Position numbers and translations under genes: made by a program
The notes under the pieces: model-generated
Told to the model about the DNA's origin: nothing
Seen by the model: the letters and a program-made list of their open reading frames with translations, nothing else
The model's database searches: none
DNA from: Octopus vulgaris
Taxonomy: Eukaryota
Length of the DNA stretch: 64,000 nt
NCBI GenBank assembly: GCA_951406725.2
Contig: OX597830.1
Span: forward strand, 70,370,001-70,434,000
Direction of reading: 5' to 3'
Shown: piece after piece, positions 62,572 to 64,000 of the stretch
Position numbering within the stretch: position 1 is the stretch's first letter
Layout: each line of letters opens with the position of its first letter

Positions 62572-63106
62572 CTCTCTGACAGAATGACTGGTAAGAGGAC
62601 ATCGCTCCGTTTTTGGCGCCGGGCAAATCGACCCCTGTTGACACATCTGCCCCTCGCCATGGTGTGTCATAATTATTTATTCTTTGTTGGTTATTACAAG
62701 AACAAGAAAGAACACAACAGCTTCGTTGACTATCATCTTTCGAAGAATTTTCCATGTCAGCTTTGGTCCCCGTGTGGTTATTTCCCGAACTGCCTTTATA
62801 CATTACACTGTCGTACGAAGATTTCATGTGCGAAACCGGTACCCCTGGAGCAGTTCCGCTCACCACTGTGGTTCCTGTAACGTCCTTGGTTACCGTCGGA
62901 TGTTCCATCGTGTGCGGATAGATAGATTGTATTTTCCAATCGGGTCCGTTCGCATGTTGTTTCGGCGTGTCCGCTGGCAGGGAATAGACGGACGATGGGG
63001 CGAAATATCCGGACGACCACGATCCATAGACGGGAAAGTTCCGATCACAGCTTGCAGTTTCGGCGTATGCATTCGGTAGCCAACCGCGAAATGCATAGGG
63101 GTTCAT
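62572..63106 (-). CDS. First coding exon (178 aa + 1 nt, phase-1 intron) of an unidentified gene; Ser/Tyr/Pro/Gly-rich N-terminus typical of a developmental transcription factor (possibly homeobox class)
   Basis: Only long non-repetitive, GC-richer ORF in the window (MNPYAFRGWLPNAYAETASCDRNF...SSYQSFCQR). In-frame TAA 12 nt upstream of the ATG. Consensus donor AGAG|GTAAGT with GT at 62571-62570. Composition drops sharply to AT-rich on both sides. The transcription-factor label is inferred from composition and gene-desert context only. Confidence 0.85.
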
Positions 63107-64000
63107 TTGGGAAAAAGGTTATTTTTGCCTCACGAACCAAAATTAAAGGTGATTTATTTTTTAATTAAAAAGAAAAAAAAATTAGAGTAAAGAAAAAATA
63201 TATAAGAAAATTTGAATAAATACCTCGAATAAATTAATATTATGTATAAATGCTATATTTATATGTTTACTTATTTTCATAAGAAATATCGTCTACAGTT
63301 ATGTATATTTATTTATTCATACATTTCTTTAATATATATATGCGTGTGTGTATGTATTTCGATTGAAATATGTTTAAATATATATACATCAATATATATA
63401 TACACACGTGTATAGGTATATATGTGTAAATATATGTATGTGGTGTGTCTGTATTTGTGTAAATGTATATGTATATTTGTAATTGTAATTGTATAAATAT
63501 ATAGCTTTATAAATATGTGTAATTATTGTGGAATAATATAAGTTTATGATCCAAGAACGTCTGGTGTACTCGTTCGGGTTTTAGTTTCATAGAAACTGTT
63601 AGCAATCATGGAAAGATCCAAGAAAAAAATCCGAAAATCCAAAACGGAAAACAGTTAATATATATTAGATATATGTCTCTCTAGGTTTCGTTTTCGCTGC
63701 AATTCAAGTCAAGTTTCTTCTCTTTTATATTTTCTTCCCTTTTTTTTTCTTTCCTTACTCTTTCCAGATATCAAAAAAAAAAAGTCTGGCAAATATTTTT
63801 CCTGCTTCTTCTTATATCTTCACGTCACAACATATCCTAATAATTTTTTTACCTGTTATTAATTGTTGTTATTCTTCCTATTGTTATGGTCGTAAATATA
63901 ATAACCATGTCCCCTTTTCCTGTGGAACAAACTCCCGTCTCAGTGTGTCATCATCCTTCGCTTGAATTTCGTTGTCGACTACGTTTTCGTCTGCTTCTTC

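Noticed and set aside
62584-63096. Four ORFs overlapping the real exon in other frames or on the other strand
   Set aside because: Shadow ORFs of a GC-richer coding exon.

Overview
This is animal nuclear DNA. The SINE families and the extreme (TA)n/(CA)n/tri- and tetranucleotide microsatellite load point to an octopus (coleoid cephalopod); that assignment is an inference. Only one convincing protein-coding segment is present: a 535-nt first coding exon on the minus strand (63106-62572, 178 aa, phase-1 GT donor). It encodes a Ser/Tyr/Pro-rich N-terminus like those of developmental transcription factors, but I cannot name the gene and see no DNA-binding-domain exon, so the remaining ~62 kb is probably a giant intron. 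Almost all other listed ORFs are microsatellite artefacts. The non-coding part holds three tRNA-type SINE families (several copies with clean target-site duplications, TSDs), a mariner-type and a hAT-type MITE, and a CR1/L2-like LINE 3' end. The most notable signals are: (i) several type I hammerhead-ribozyme (HHR) motifs, two sets of them arranged as outward-facing pairs inside fold-back palindromes that end in (TA)n, which resembles Penelope-like element termini; (ii) at least six local inverted duplications next to (TA)n tracts; (iii) a TSD-flanked SINE that has captured an inverted copy of local sequence from 2.8 kb away.
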